Below are positions 29,090 through 43,353 of a stretch of 64,000 nt of DNA, piece after piece (the first letter of the stretch is position 1; the number at the start of each line of letters is the position of its first letter). Source of the DNA: the human T2T-CHM13v2.0 reference genome, Homo sapiens; assembly GCF_009914755.1 (NCBI RefSeq), contig NC_060932.1; one strand, given 5' to 3'. The notes below the pieces were generated by a model. That model worked only from the letters and a program-made list of their open reading frames with translations, was not told the origin of the DNA and did no database searches. Position numbers and translations under genes: made by a program.

Positions 29090-31639
29090 TTAATTCACAA
29101 GGGGAGTTTCAATAGTAAAGCACATTTCATTCTGCTGAAATCCTACATCGTCTTTTACTTGCGCTGGTAAATAATTTATAAGATATCTGATTACAAGATT
29201 TGTTTTGAAAGAAAGTGTGATGAGGAACAATTAAAATTTAATTGAAGGTGAGAGGCAACAGGTTGTACAAGGTTGCCTGCATCTTCCATGTGGTTCTCTG
29301 TGATTAGAGAACGCTCCCCATGCCTTTCCCCGCTTCTCTCATTCATTCCAGTCACAGCACCTGGCCATACTGAGAGGCTCACACATTTGCCTCAGCTGCG
29401 GCTCTCTCAGCTACAAAAAGGTTCTGGTGCATGCAAAGAGGTGAAAAGAAAAAACCAGCTCTCTGGGGCAGGGAAAACTGAGTCATCAGGTAGATTTTTC
29501 TTTGAAAATTTTACATTCCCCATTTTCTCCCTCATTTTATGTGAGAACAAGCGGGTGACAAGATAAAGAGGCAGATACATGGACAATACCCGTACTCCAC
29601 ACACTGTCCATCACCGGCTCTTCCTCGGTCCTAGTCCCTTTGAACCAAACATCCAAAACCAGGCAGCACATTAAAATTACTCATCTGGGTAACTCAGAGA
29701 AGCCACTAAAATAATTACATAGAAACCACAAAATAAAGAACAACCCCCAAAAGGCTCAAAGGAAGAGTCGGGCAGTGATTGTGGAGCAAGGGAAGATGCT
29801 TATCTTGTGTTCAGACTGAACAAAAAGCCATTTACTCACACCAATTTTGTACTTTTTAGTCTATCCAATACATACATCAGAATATCTCCTCTTCTCCCAA
29901 ATTCCAGACGTCCAAAAAGCTGGCTCACCCCACAAACTCTTTTCCAGATTTCTGTACCAGATTTAGTTTGGAATCTCTCCATCTAAGATGAGGAATGATT
30001 ATTTTCCCTACGATGTTGTTAAGGTTGGTCTATTTCACTAAACAGAAAACCACTGTTTGAAGAGAACAACTGAAGGCTTGGTAGCCTTTATTAACACACT
30101 ATCAGCCTCAACTATACCAATAAGGCCATCCACGTGTCAAACTGCATGGTCTCAGAATTACCTCCACGCTTAAGTGCTTCTCCAAAGCCTTGAGTCAGAG
30201 TAGATAGGAAAGGCTTTGACAGAATAAATTTCTGTTTCTAAATCACAGGAGACAGCTCTATACCTCTTATTTAACCTTAAAACCTAAATAGATTCCTATT
30301 ACTTATAGAAAACAAGCAAGAGACTTCTTCTATAACAAGATGGCAAACTTCCTCATCTAAACTGGTCATGTGATTCTCACACCCAGAAACCACCATCATG
30401 ACCTGTAAGCTTATTAATGACAATAAGAAAGTCCAAATCAACTCCACCCCATGGGTTAGTTTATTTGGGATGCATTTTTAAGCTGACTCATCTCACAGAA
30501 CCATTACAACATAATGCTGGCTTGTCAGTTAATCATTCTCTAAATCTACATTAATAGTCTTTTATTACAGAGGCAGATAACTAGGGCATCCTCTCCTTAA
30601 GATGTTCCAAACTGAGCATCTCTCTTCCATGTTTTAAAGAGAATCAGCAGCTCCAAATGAGTAGAATTTTAAGTAGTCAAGTGGATTCAAAGCTGTTCTT
30701 TGAGGAAAAAGTCTTGGCCTTCCTTTTTAAAAAATATTCTGCAATGTACGTCTCCATGCAGAACCAGATATTCACCATCTGAGACAAAACACACATCAAT
30801 CTCTAATATGTTTTGATACCAAGCATTCATTTTACAACCAGTACAGTCACCATCTAATTCAACCTGCACTTCAAGTACTTTACTACAAAGTCTCTCTTGA
30901 ATTGGGAGCTCTCTGGCTTTTGGAAGTAAGTATTTGAAGAGAAGCTAAAAGACATCGAGCAATGTAAGTTAGCATGTTACAACTTTTTCCTTGACTTACC
31001 GACAGTATAATTTTGTCGTAAAAGTCGTTTATCTTTCCTAGATTTTGTTAGCCTAGATTTCCTCCTATTGATGGCTCATTCCTTTATTTCCTAATGTTTA
31101 TCCCCACTTTAAAAACTCAATCTTTTAAAATATATTCTGTCTTTATTATTATCACTTTTTTTGGAAACAGACTAGCTATAATGAAGTGAGTTACTTTTGT
31201 AAGCCTCTTTCCAAAAGAAAATAAATTCATTCTGCAAAGTAGAAAGTGAAAGTTTTAAATCATGTTATCTAAAGTTTTTCCAGGTAAAGGGAAAAAAACC
31301 CCTAAAAGATAGACAACCTGACACCTTTAAATATTAAAATACACCCACACCCGTACCTTGCAGGCCTCCACTTCTGGAGGAAGATGAAAATAAAAGTGAT
31401 GCAAGCTAGTTATTTTTCAAAATCCCTTCCTTTTCTATGAGGTGGAATTAAATGCTTCTATTCTCTTAACCAGCTTTCCAGACTCTAACTTCTCCTTCCT
31501 CCTCCTAGTGCAAAACAACTCAAATATTCAAATCATTTAATCTTCTAATCCACTGACAGCTCATGTTTCACTAAAACCCTCTCCAAATTGTTCAAGTTTA
31601 CCCCCACTGAGATACTGGATGTGAAAATACTTTGGAGGG

Positions 31640-32900
31640 CATTCATTGATTTTAACAAACTTGGAGTGGATGTCACGTTCACACCATGCAGGCACTGTAC
31701 CAGGAGCATGAAATATAATGATGTAGCAAACAGACATGGTTCCTGCCTTCTCGGAGCTTACAATTCAGAGGAAGGCATTGACTTGTGGACAAAAATGAGA
31801 AATTACAAAGTAATGTGGAAAGGTCACAACACAGGAAAGGCAGAATGCTAGGAGAACACAGAGGAAGTCCACATAACTCAGATTTGCAGGCTTACAGAAG
31901 CTTCCTGAAGACAGAGGACAAATGCACCAGTGAAGAGGGAATATGACTGTGTTCCAGACAGGGGCATAAGTATGTGTGAAGGTAAAGTGGGAGAGAGAGA
32001 GAGAGTGAGCGAGCGAGAGAGAGAGAGTGAGCGAGCGAGAGAGAGAGAATGAGAGCGAGAGCACGAGAGCAAGCGAGTGAACGAGAGCAAGCGAGTGAAC
32101 AAGCGCAAGCGCGTGCGAGAGCGCATGTCACATTTAAGAAATGAAAATAAAAATCCAATCTGACCTGAGTCTACAGAAAAAGAACACAGAGATGAGGCTG
32201 GAGTGGCAGGTAAAGAATTCAACAACGGAGTGGGGGCTCGCACTCCACGTGGCAGGGTGCTGGAGAGGAGACTGAGAATGGGAGACCGGCCAGGAGGATA
32301 ATTCAGTGATCCAGGTGAGGGATGGTGATGCAGGTGCCGGGCATAAGGAGATCTGAAGCGTCATTAGGAGGTAAAATCAATAACTAAGTGGATAAGGAAG
32401 AAAGATGCAGTAAAAAATCATGCCCATGTCAGTGGTTTCACAACTGGGTGAAGATTGTAATACAAGGTACGGGACTTAGGAGGAAGAAGGCATTACAGGG
32501 AAGAGTATAGGTGAGAATTCAGTTCCGCTTTGGACATATTGAATTTGAAGGGGCTGTGGGCATCCAAGTAGAGATGTCCAGTAGGCTGCTAGACTACTCT
32601 GAAGCTCCATAAAGAAATATGGGCTGGGTTTAGGATTGGAAACTGACACCATATGTAATTAAGGAAATGAGTGTTGTTAAAGAAATGCAGTGTGTGTACA
32701 AGGGTTGGGCAGAGAAAGACAGGTGAGGTTTGAAGAGGAAAACCAAAGTCAATGTATGGCAGATGAAAAAGTATGTCAGGAAGGAGAGAGTGATCAATAA
32801 CTTCAGATCACCCAAGAAACAGGTAAAATAAAGACTGAATCTGAGTACTTTAGATTAGAGTCAAGAGGCATTTGGTCTACATGGCAATAATACAGATTCA
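31640..32900 (-). mobile_element. L2 remnant containing a composite microsatellite
   Basis: cattcattg...aggcactgtaccagg...tttggacatattgaatttgaagggg...catccaagtagagatgtccagtagg; boundaries approximate. Confidence 0.65.
31991..32127. repeat. Composite (GA)n / GAGC / CAAGCG microsatellite
   Basis: Directly visible; internal 22-bp and 18-bp tandem duplications. Confidence 0.85.
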
Positions 32901-33879
32901 AGGAGGCAGAAGAGTGAAACAACAGGGGGTAAAACTCCTAAACTGTTACTGATGACCCTCTAATGGCCAAATCCAATAATTATTGTCTTAGTCTTCAATA
33001 TTATTTGACCCCTCTGCAGCTGTGCTGACCACTTGCTCCTTTAAATCATGTCCAATTCAGAATATCTTGACTTCCCTTACTTCTGCTTTACACTATCCCT
33101 TATCAGTCTCTTTGGAGAACTTCTGCTCTGACCAAAGTGTGAATATTGGTGTTCTCTACATCCCTGTTATTCAAAGTGCTGATCTGGGACAAGATACAGA
33201 TTTTGCATCAGGATATGAATCAACACAATGTTTCCTTCATCTAAAAGTCTTGCTAATATTAAAAATATAGTCAGCTGAAGAAAACACTATGTAACGTCAT
33301 TGATTACTTAGTAACATGGTCGATTACATTCTGAAGCAAATCCTTTGTTATCTTGCACTAATAATGAACAGTTAGTGGACAGGCAGCCAGTTGATGGACT
33401 ATATTTTGAGCAGCAGTGCACTGGAGTTTCTTCCATGGCCCTCTTATCCCACTGTAGGCTCTTAGTGCTTGGTAATATTTGTAGGAGGAATTTAATTGAT
33501 GCCCTCCAAGCTGATAAATTCTAAAGCTTTACCTTTTGATCTCCTGACCTGAGTATCCCACTATTTCTAGACCTCTCTACCCAAGTATTCCATGGACACC
33601 ATAATTAAACTTGTACCAAAAGGAATCATCCCTATCAACAAGTTGAATTAATGGTACCAGTAACTATCCACTTTTTCAATCCAGAAACTCCTTAGTGTCT
33701 CCATCAAATTAAGACTAAGTTCTGTGGTTTTTACTCCTAAAAACTTTTGCTCTAAGTTGAGGCTCTCATTATATCTTGCCTTAATTCTTGCAACAGGCTA
33801 TTTCCAGGATCGATAGGCTCGTCTTCCACCTATTTTCTGCACTGCCATCACAGAGAGTGGTAAGACCCTTCTGCTTCAG

Positions 33880-34120
33880 CCTTATAGTGTGAAACAGGAA
33901 CGACAGTCTAGATTTTAAGGCACTGAGCTATGTATTCAACTGCCATATTTTGACTCTTGACTGTACTACTTACTAGTAGTATTGCTTGCTCGTTATTTAG
34001 CCTTTACATGACTCAGTTTTTTCATTTGTAAAACGGGAATAAATGGGGTAAAATAAAACTAACATACATGTAAAGGTACTTGGAGCTGCACATGTCGTTA
34101 GCACTCTACGATGTTAGCTA
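33880..34120 (+). mobile_element. MIR
   Basis: actcagttttttcatttgtaaaacgggaataa...catgtaaaggtactt core. Confidence 0.6.
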
Positions 34121-34256
34121 ACTGAAAAAAGTGTTGTCACCGAGTCATCCTTCAACAACCTTATCTCTAACTACCCTCTCTTCATAGTCTACTTCAGATA
34201 GACAAACTTAATTATCTCATTTCTCTGAAAGTGCCATGCTATTTCATGGCTTCACA

Positions 34257-34258
<2 letters not shown>

Positions 34259-34289
<31 letters not shown>

Positions 34290-34590
34290 TTTTTAGAGAC
34301 AGGACCTTTCTCTGTCACTGAGGATGAAGTGTAGTGGTACAACCATAGCTCACTGCAGCCTCAAATTCCTTGGTTCAAGGGACCTGCAATATATATCTCT
34401 CAAGCTCTCAAGCAGCTAGGACTACAGGCACATGACGTGACACCAGGCTAATTTTTTAAAAAAATCTTTTGTAGAGATGGGGGTCTTGCTATGTTGCCCA
34501 AGCTGGTCTTGAATTCCTGGCCTCAAAGAGTCCTCCTGCCTCAGCCTCCCAAAGCACTAGGATTACAGGCATGAGCCAATGCACCTGGCC
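34259..34590 (-). mobile_element. AluJ with long poly-T
   Basis: Poly-T of about 30 nt, then diverged Alu reverse complement ending gcacctggcc. Confidence 0.9.
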
Positions 34591-37015
34591 CTTGTCTCCT
34601 TTTCTCAACTCCTTACCCTCTCCGCTGTCTGAGAAATTCCTATTAGCCTCTGAAGATCAAACTCAAGAATCTTTGTGAATTCTCTAACTTCTGGTCCCTT
34701 CTTTGTAATTATGTACTCTTATCTCTATTATAGGATTATAACATTTTTGCAATTATTTGCATTTGTGGTGGATAATAAATAATTTGATGAAATTATTTTG
34801 AGCACATGTCCATCATTCCCACTCTGGGAAAACAGAACACAGTGGTATTCATGTTTGCACACTGAGAGCATGGTAAGTGTCTAGAGTGCAAGGCAAACAT
34901 TAAAAAATTGATGATTAGAAAAATGTTTCTTCAGTCTAGTATTTATTAAAGCTATAAAGGTTAATTATTTCTACAAGACAGCAAAAATATTTATAAATGA
35001 GAAATAGCTATCATTAAGAGCTCATTTAAAAGTTAATGTTTATATATTAAGTCATAAAATATTAAAATCCACATAAGATAATTAAATTTTTACATCTGTA
35101 AATACCACAGATTTCCATAAATTCTTCAATATTAAAAAGAAAAACAAAGAACTGGAACTCGCAAGAGTCCATTTAGTTCCCCTGAGCTAGTAACTCCTCC
35201 TTGAGCCTTGGGGAAGTTACTTCCATTTTTTCCTCAGTTCCCACTCTGTTTATCAAATTGACGACAGCCTAGATTATTTAGCTTTAAAATTCTATTACCT
35301 GTGGATGTACAACACTTACCAAAGCCTCATAATGATTAGTTCTTTGTCTCTCTCTCTCTTAAGTAGATTAGTTACCTTCATATTAATCTATATAAAAGAT
35401 CTCAGGCAACTCCAACCCTCAAAACCCATCAGGGTTTATTGCCTACTATATCTAGCCCAAATTACCTATGTGGTTTTATTTCTCAGGCCTTCCTTAATAC
35501 GCTGTTTTCTTATACATATTGCCAAATAGTTTTCAAAGGACTGTATCAATTTAAATTGTGTCTGTTTTACCATAACCATATATACATTGGCTGTCATCAT
35601 TTTAAAGTCATTGCTATTTATCATACACAGAACAGTGCATCATTTTTAATTTGCATATATTAAAGATGCTTATATATTTGCTTAAAAATTATATTCCCTC
35701 TGTGAACAGTCCAAATCCTTTGCCAGTTTTTAAATATTCCTTTATTGATTTATACAAAATAGTTTTAACCCTTTTTTCATATCTACTGATACTTCTCCCA
35801 GCCTGATATTTCCTTAAATTATGCTTTCCTTCACAGAGGTATTTTATTTTTATGGAGTCTTGCTGCACGACATGAAGGCCTGGTTGGCTCCTTGAAGATT
35901 TAGAGATAAGTGTTCACATTTATTCTAAGGGTAGTAGGGGATTTCTGATCTAGCTTTACACCCCAGGGACTACATATGCCAGTAGTGGTTGCAAAGGAAG
36001 TAGAATACACAATTCCTGCAGGCTCCTTTCTCCGTGCTTTGGGAGGGTGGAGGCCCTCCTCACTCATATTGAAGTCTAAGTGAGGTGAAAGACTACTCTC
36101 CCTAAACAGAAGTAGGTAATTGAACTCCTAGCCGGGAGGAAGCTCTCACCACATGTACAATGACATTGGACTGAGGCCAGGGTAGCTACGATCTCTGGCA
36201 AGACCCTGAATCTGTCTGCTAAGACAATATAGCTTACAACACAAAGTGCAGAGCTTTTCATGAAATCCTTAGAAAGATTATCTGAATTTAGTGAACATGA
36301 GACAGGCTAATCAATAATTATATTCTATTTGCCATTATGGGAGACTCAGATAAAAATAACAGAGCATATCACTTCCCTAAATGTAGATTCCATCATGTTC
36401 AAGACTCAAGCCTTAAAGCACATTGTACACATGAGCACGAAGTAGATGTCAGACAACAACTGACACTAAGGCACCCCTGAACTTTGAGACTCTCAAAACC
36501 AACATAAGTATATGCAAAAGTCATCTTAATAGATGGTATACCAAGGCCAGATCAGGAAGACAGAATGTAGAGAGGTTGAAATCTAAGTCAAGAAGGCAAG
36601 GATATTATAGTTCTTCCGTGGCATTCCCCATAGGGAAGCAGATGCATCAAATTTGATGACATTGGCCAAAAGAATCATATACATCCATTGGGCATATTTT
36701 TGGTTATGATTTTGAAATTAGTTTTCCTATGGGGGAAAACACTGGTGAAGCTGAGTTGAATTACTTTAAGGCAAGTGAGTGGGATTGACCCTTACTCCAG
36801 GGATGGACAAGGTAAACAAAGAAATATAATCAAAATTACCCAGAACTTCTCTACACCAGCTGCACTGTGAAAGTCAAAGGCACTGAAACTAACCCATTGG
36901 ACGGTGTTGGTACAGGTCACAGGTATATGATGGGGCACGGAGACTAACTTACCAACACTATAAACATTTAATTCTCCTTTTTTGTGTGTGTGTGGAGGGG
37001 AGAGTTCCTATACTC

Positions 37016-37125
37016 TAGAGCAAGGCTCGGTAAATTTTTCCTGTCAAGAGTCATACAGTAAATATTTTAGGCTTTCTGGGCCACACGGTCTCTGTTGCAA
37101 CCATTCCACTCTGCTGTCATAGCAG
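37016..37125 (+). mobile_element. MER58A fragment
   Basis: agtaaatattttaggctttctgggccacacggtctctgttgcaaccattccactctgc. Confidence 0.7.
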
Positions 37126-37881
37126 CACACAGAAATGCTTGACAGGCTATGAATTCCGCTTGGTTTGATACACGCACCAGAACTATACATCTTGTGAGTG
37201 ATTTTTTGATTTCATCTCTAACATAATGGCCAGGTGCAGGCACCAAGTCTGCTGTCCCAGGTCTGGGTCCCTGGGCGTACTTGTTTACCAGGCTCTTTGT
37301 AGTCAGCTGAATCTAGGGGACACAAACTCAACTTACTTGAGCAGACAAGCATACCAGTGACACCAGAAAATGAGCTAAGCTGAGTTTCTGAGAAAAGAAA
37401 AATTCGAAGACCCTACCATTGTCAAGCCATGCTGTTTACTATGTAAGAAAACCAGGAAATTCAGGTGAAAAGGTGAATGAAAAAAGGATATGTAGGCCTT
37501 TTACAATGAACACTTAGATTTTCTCTGACTTAAAGTGACCTCCCATAGCTGAATATGACAGATATTTCTAACAAACCCACCTCTAATCCTCTAGACAACA
37601 TTGCATAAAATGAATTCTCCTCTCCTGTAAGGCAGTCAGAGGGAAGGGCTGGCCAAGGTTCAACCTCTACAGTCAGATATCCGCAGAGTGAATACCAAAA
37701 TTCCTTTTATTCTTAAAATGTCTAAAGCAATTCCAGTGGTGGCCTAAACTTCACGCTTGAATTCTCATGTGGCTGAATGCCACTGAAACCAAATGCTCAC
37801 AACATGGAATGTATACATGTGCACACATTCATTCAGCTGACTTGCTTTTTTTCCGATAAAAGGAGAACAATGTTGGAAAAC

Positions 37882-38194
37882 TTTGTTTTGCTTTTTTTTT
37901 CTTTGGAGACAGGGTCTCACTCTGTCACCTAGGCTGCAATACTGTGGCATAATCACAGTTCACTGCAGCCTTGACCTCCTGGGCTTAGGTGATCCTTCCA
38001 CCTTAGCCTCCCATGTAGCTGAGTCTATAAGTGAGCACCACCATCCCCAGCTAATTTTTAAATTTTTTGTAATTTTTATACAGATGTGGTTCCGCCACGT
38101 TGCCAGGCTAGTCTCAAACTCCTGGGATCAAGCGATCTGCCTGCCCGGGCCACCAGAAGTGCTGGGATTATAGGCATGAGCCACCATGCCCAGT
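37882..38194 (-). mobile_element. AluJ
   Basis: T-rich tail plus diverged Alu reverse complement (cactgcagccttgacctcctgggc). Confidence 0.88.
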
Positions 38195-38800
38195 GAAAAA
38201 CTCCATTAAAAAGGTCTCTATATAATAGTTTTTTAAAAACAATCTTTGAAACAACTCAATTTGAAGTAGCTATAAAACAGGTCATCTTACCTTTGCACTG
38301 GATCTAATCTACCCATACTACTCTTTACCTTTGCAGTTTTGGGAATGAATGGGGAGGTTTTCTTATGTTATTTTGTTTTGTCTGAGAATGTTTTTTTCTT
38401 GAATGGTCATTAATGCCACCTCATACTCACAATGGGCTGCAACCTCCAACACTGCTGAAGCTCCCTCTGTCCCACCATTCGGCACCTTTCTCTTCCTACA
38501 GCAGGGATTTGTGGTATCGTCATTTAAGAGATACCACTAGTGAACATTTTGCTCCTAAAAGTTTCTGAATATCTCTGATGCATCTTTCTGTTCATTTTCT
38601 TACAAGAATCATTAAACCTCCATCTCTGCTAATCTGTGAAGATGGTGACTGCTGCTTGCACTCAGTCTTAAACATCTGAAAGAGGAAAATAAGCAAAATT
38701 TGTCTCTGCAGGGAGTTTTATCTCTGGCCACTGCCACGGGTCTGCTGACTGTGATTCTTGCATCACTGGGGTTTGATCAGATTTAACAAGTACCTGTGGC

Positions 38801-38949
38801 TAGGGCCAGTCTCCTGGAGGTGCAGCCTGTGCACTCCCACAGGGCTTTGTGTTCAGCTGGGCCTGCAACTTGGTTCAGTAGTCTGCTGTGCTGTCTTAAA
38901 ATTCTTTATTTTTGAACAAGGGGCCCACCAGTTTTGCAGCTGGTCCTGC
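38801..38949 (+). mobile_element. MER91A-like hAT element
   Basis: agggccagt...cctgtgcactcccacaggg...ctgtcttaaaattcttta...ttttgaacaaggggccc...gctggtcctg. Confidence 0.7.
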
Positions 38950-39199
38950 CTGTGGCTATCACAAATTCCTAGGCCAGGGCAACAAGCACTACTTTTGGAT
39001 TCTGTGGTATCACAGAGCACCTATGTGCCAGGCAACACACTCAGCACCAGGGATGTGACTGAGCAGGATGATGGTCCATGACCTTGTAGAATATTGGCGC
39101 TGCCTATATTTATTATGCACCAGGGGTGTCATGAGCAATACCAAGGGACAGCTTTCTACTCTCTCATTGCCAAGGAACCTGGCTTCCCATTCACTGAGA

Positions 39200-40680
39200 A
39201 AACAGAAGGAACCACTCTCTCTACTCTCCTTGCCAGGCTCTCCCCACCCGTAAGTACTCTGTATGCAGTCTGCCTCCCCTCAGGTTATGATGGGTGGACC
39301 TTCTGCACTCCTAAGGCCAACCCCTCCTTTTGGCATGAGACTCCAGTGCCCTGTCACTGATTCCAGTCCACGTTCCCTTTACTCTAGATGACCTGCAGGT
39401 GCACACAAGCTAGATAGATTTCTTGCCTAAAAAGCATCTTCCACTTCCTCTAGATTCTGCCCTCTTTCTCTACTGCCTTACAGGGTACAGCAAAAGTCAC
39501 TGAAAGAATTGAGAATCCCTGCTGCTTAAACTTCCTTTTATCCCATTTTCTCTTGAACCCACTTCCATCATGCTATTTTCTCTAATGTTCCTCTTTGTCA
39601 AGATCACCAACAACATCCACTCTGTCAAATCAAATAGTCAAGTCTCAATTTCCATATTTCTCCGCCTTTTGCCAGCGCCACACACAGTTGATCATGGCTT
39701 CCTTCTGCAACACTTGTGTTCCTTGGCCTCTGAAAGGCCCTTTTCTCAGTTCTCCTCCTGACTCCCTGGGTGCTCTTTCCCAATCTCCTTCTCTGGCTCT
39801 TCCTCTTTTCCCAGCTGGCTAACGTGGGAAGGCCCTGGGCTCAGTGCTTGTCTCCTCTTCTGTGTTTGCTCCTACAGTCCTGGTTAACTCATCCACACAC
39901 ACAGCTTTCAGTGGCTTCCAGATGTTGAAGACTCACAAGTTTAGGCCCTAACCTGTCTTGTAAACATTAGACTTACTTATCCAATGACTGAGTCACCACC
40001 TCCTGTTAGATTTCTAACAGACAGCTCAAACTTCACATGTGCTAAGCAGAAGCTCTGATCTCTTCAACACCACCTTGTTTTTTTTTTTTTTTTTTGCCTT
40101 GTTGCAACTTATTCTCTGTCCATGACTAGAGAAATTATTTACAGGTGTAAGAAATCATGCCATGCTTCTGCTTAAACACTGCTCATGTTATTCAAAATAA
40201 AATCCCAAATCCTTCTCATGCCCGCAAGGCCTTCTACTACAGCTTCTCTTCCTCCCTGCCTTTACCCTCCCCACTTTCCTTTCCCAGAGGCTCCAATGTC
40301 TTATGGGACTTCTTTGCTCTTGCTGAATCCAAAAAGCACAGCCCCACCTCCAGGCCTTGGCAACTACTGTTTCCTCTCCCCAGAATTCTTTCCCCAGATA
40401 TTAAGGTGGCTCTCTCCTCCCTTCCTGAAGGCCTCTGCTCAAGTGTCACCCGATGGACAACTCTTCCGAAACAGTTTACCTGCCCTAACGCTATTCTCCT
40501 TAGGCAGCTGTTCATCCTTCCAGCCACTCTGCCAGATGCATTTTATATGTACTTATCATCTGTGCCTCCAATAGAATGTAAGTTCCCTGACGGCAGAGGC
40601 TTGATTTTTGCTCACTGCAGAATCCCCTATGTCTAGAACAGTGCCTGGAACATATCAGAGGCTCGTTAAACTTTTTTTTT
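39200..40680 (+). mobile_element. L2 remnant including its 3' end
   Basis: tcaagatcaccaac...cacagttgatca...tagaatgtaagttccctgacggcagagg...agaacagtgcctggaaca; boundaries approximate. Confidence 0.75.
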
Positions 40681-42901
40681 TTTTCCACAACCTGGCATGT
40701 GGAGCATCTCTGGTTCACACAGCAAAATGCACATGATCATTGATAATCTCCAAGGGTCTGTTTAGCCTCTCTCTTGAGGGATGTGTCACAGGGAAATACT
40801 TATCAATGTCTTCATGTTCATTAGGGGACAGCATTTCTCTGACAGGAGAACTCAAACACACTTGGTTCACTATCCCATCCTCTGGTCTCAACTGATTGAA
40901 ACAGTGCAAAGCCAGGAAGACATATCACAGCAAAAGAAACTTGAGGCTGGGGTCAGGGTTGAGAGATGGAAGAGTGGAGAGAACAGGGCTTCTTCTAGGT
41001 TTAGGATTATTTCTACCCAGATCTGTTTAGGGATGTATTACTGTCCCCAGTTAACAGATAAAAAGATTGAAGTTAATCAAAATAAAGGTCTGCCAGCTAG
41101 GCTGTACCAATATCAGGATCTGAACCCAGGCCTGTCTTCTCTAAAGCCTCCAACTCCACCTGCCTGCTCCCACCTCAGACGCCCTACAGACTTGACTGGC
41201 CTCAGAAACAGCATTGTTTCTCCAAGCCGTAAGTCTCACTTGTCAATGAGGAGGCCAGAGACAGGCTGTGCAGCCTCTGATGGGTACCCGCCTGGGGACC
41301 CTTGGCTGCCACCTTCTTCTGGAGGTTTGGGCCTAAAGGAGAGGGGCTGCCCACAACCAGAGCTTGGCTGCTTGGGTGATGGAACCCTCACTGACTCCAG
41401 TAAGGGGACCTTCTTTCCTTTCACTCTTTGGGAAAATAACCCACCTGCAGAGAAGCTGAATCTTGCACATTCTGGTACATCTGCATATCCTCTCTAACTT
41501 ACAGGGCATAACACAGAAAATGGATTCATTCAAATTTCACCATAGTGGACAGAATAACCTACAAATTAACACATTAGGATTGCATACATTCCAGAGCAGC
41601 CTTGATAGCTTATAATTTATTCAGTTATCTGGACTTTTGCTGGACTTCAGTTTCCTCAACAGTAAAATGGGAACAGCACCATTGTCAAGATTGCATCAAA
41701 TAATGCATGCTAAAGTGTTTTATACAAGTGTATTTGTGTTGTTGCTCTAAGTCAATAGTTCAAAATTACCCCTCTGGGCTGTTACCTTATTTGTAAAGAT
41801 GATGATAAAGTGATATTCCAGTTCAAAAATGCTTTCATCCTTTAAAAAATTTAAATATAACTTAACCGAATTCTGATGGAAAGGATATCCTGTCATTGAG
41901 CCCATTTAAAGTGGTCTATTTCTCTAGCCTCAAATAAATATCCCTTCCCTATCCTCTGTCCCTCGCACTTTCACATCCTCCAATGCTGAGAATTTCACCT
42001 TCTTTGTTAATTTCTTCTTCAAACACTTATGTAAGGAATCTGTTGTTGCACTCTTCCTGAGGACTTTGTTTCTTCTAGCATGGCATTTTAAAAATGGAAA
42101 TTTTATTAGGTTTGGCTGTACACATAGTTTTCTTTAGTGGCAAAATGCTCCTGAGGACAGTGAATGACCCTCTTGTCTTCTATATCTCCATAGAACCCAA
42201 TGGTACTTTGAAAGTAAGAGATGCTCAATGGCTGGTAATGAAACGTTGACGAACATCATTAAAATCTCATTTCCATATGTCAGTAGGAGAAACTGCGTTT
42301 TCTACTTTGCCTTCAATTAGGGAACCAGGGGATGCAATTTAATAGCACAATTAAGAAATATATCTCAAGAGAAGTGTGCTTTCTTAGTAACCTTTATCAA
42401 TATAAAAGCTGAATCAAGGCAAGTAATTAGATGAACAAGTGTAGGGAAACATATACTTTAAGAAAAACACTAAATGAGAAACTAGAAAGGAGAGACTCCA
42501 AGCAAATCCTGTAATTCTTAGAATGTTTGAAGGGAGAACATTTAAGAAGTGGTAGGCATGGGAAATAAAATAAATTGCAGAAGCTGAAAACAATATTCAT
42601 GACAGAGAAAGTGTACTCCTTACATTGGGAGAGATTTTACCATGGGCAGCATGCTTTTCAAAAAATACATGAAATAGCTGAACTGAAACGAATAACAGGC
42701 CTGCCTATTCATTATACAAGTAGGTTTGGAACTTTGAGCAAAGAGAAGAAATGATAAAGAGGCATGTGCTCTTGGGAGACTACAGTTATATGAAAACATG
42801 AAGTGCATATTAACCCAAAAGGCTTTTTTTGTGCATATCAGGTTTTTGTGCAAATATTAACCAAAAAGTTTCCAAAACAGTTGTTGTTAACAAAGTAAGT
42901 G

Positions 42902-42985
42902 CTTCCTGAGCATGTCTGTTCTCTGGTTCTTATTGTTTTTGCAAGGTAATTTCTTCCTGAGCATGTCTGTTCTCTGGTTCTTATT
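42902..42985. repeat. Perfect 33-bp direct repeat with an 18-bp spacer
   Basis: cttcctgagcatgtctgttctctggttcttatt at 42902-42934 and 42953-42985. Confidence 0.9.
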
Positions 42986-43296
42986 CTTGTTGAATACAAC
43001 CTTTTAATTCTTAATTTTAGTTTCTGAATAATTGATATCCCACTTTTCTAAAAGAAGGGTTTAAGATAACCCACCAAATATATACATAATAACTATACAG
43101 TCAACTTTTTAAAAAATGAATGAGTACCTTAGAAGAAGAATGTGGATCAGAAGGGGAAAATGGAGCCAGTGAGGAAATGGACCACACGGGTCTTCTTGCA
43201 GTCCATGCAGGGCAAAGGCAGGAACAGTTCTATGACTCATGGTGTGCATGAGATGTGACAAACAACTTCTCCACAATAGTGGAGGTGTGCCCCGTT

Positions 43297-43353
43297 CACC
43301 CAGGTATAAACCTGCACATCCTGCACATGTAACCCGGAACTTAAAATAAAAAA
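43297..43353 (+). mobile_element. Very short L1PA 3' terminal fragment
   Basis: aaacctgcacatcctgcacatgtaacccggaacttaaaataaaaaa; degenerate TSD ggaggtgtgccccgtt / gtaggtgttcccatt. Confidence 0.7.

Noticed and set aside
40157-40636. Overlapping 159/129/96-aa ORFs
   Set aside because: Lie within a pyrimidine-rich L2 remnant; no coding signature
40781-41497. Longest ORF in the track (238 aa, + strand)
   Set aside because: No recognisable domain, runs through a MIR-like segment (~41040-41150), antisense in an intron, no supporting gene structure; consistent with a chance ORF
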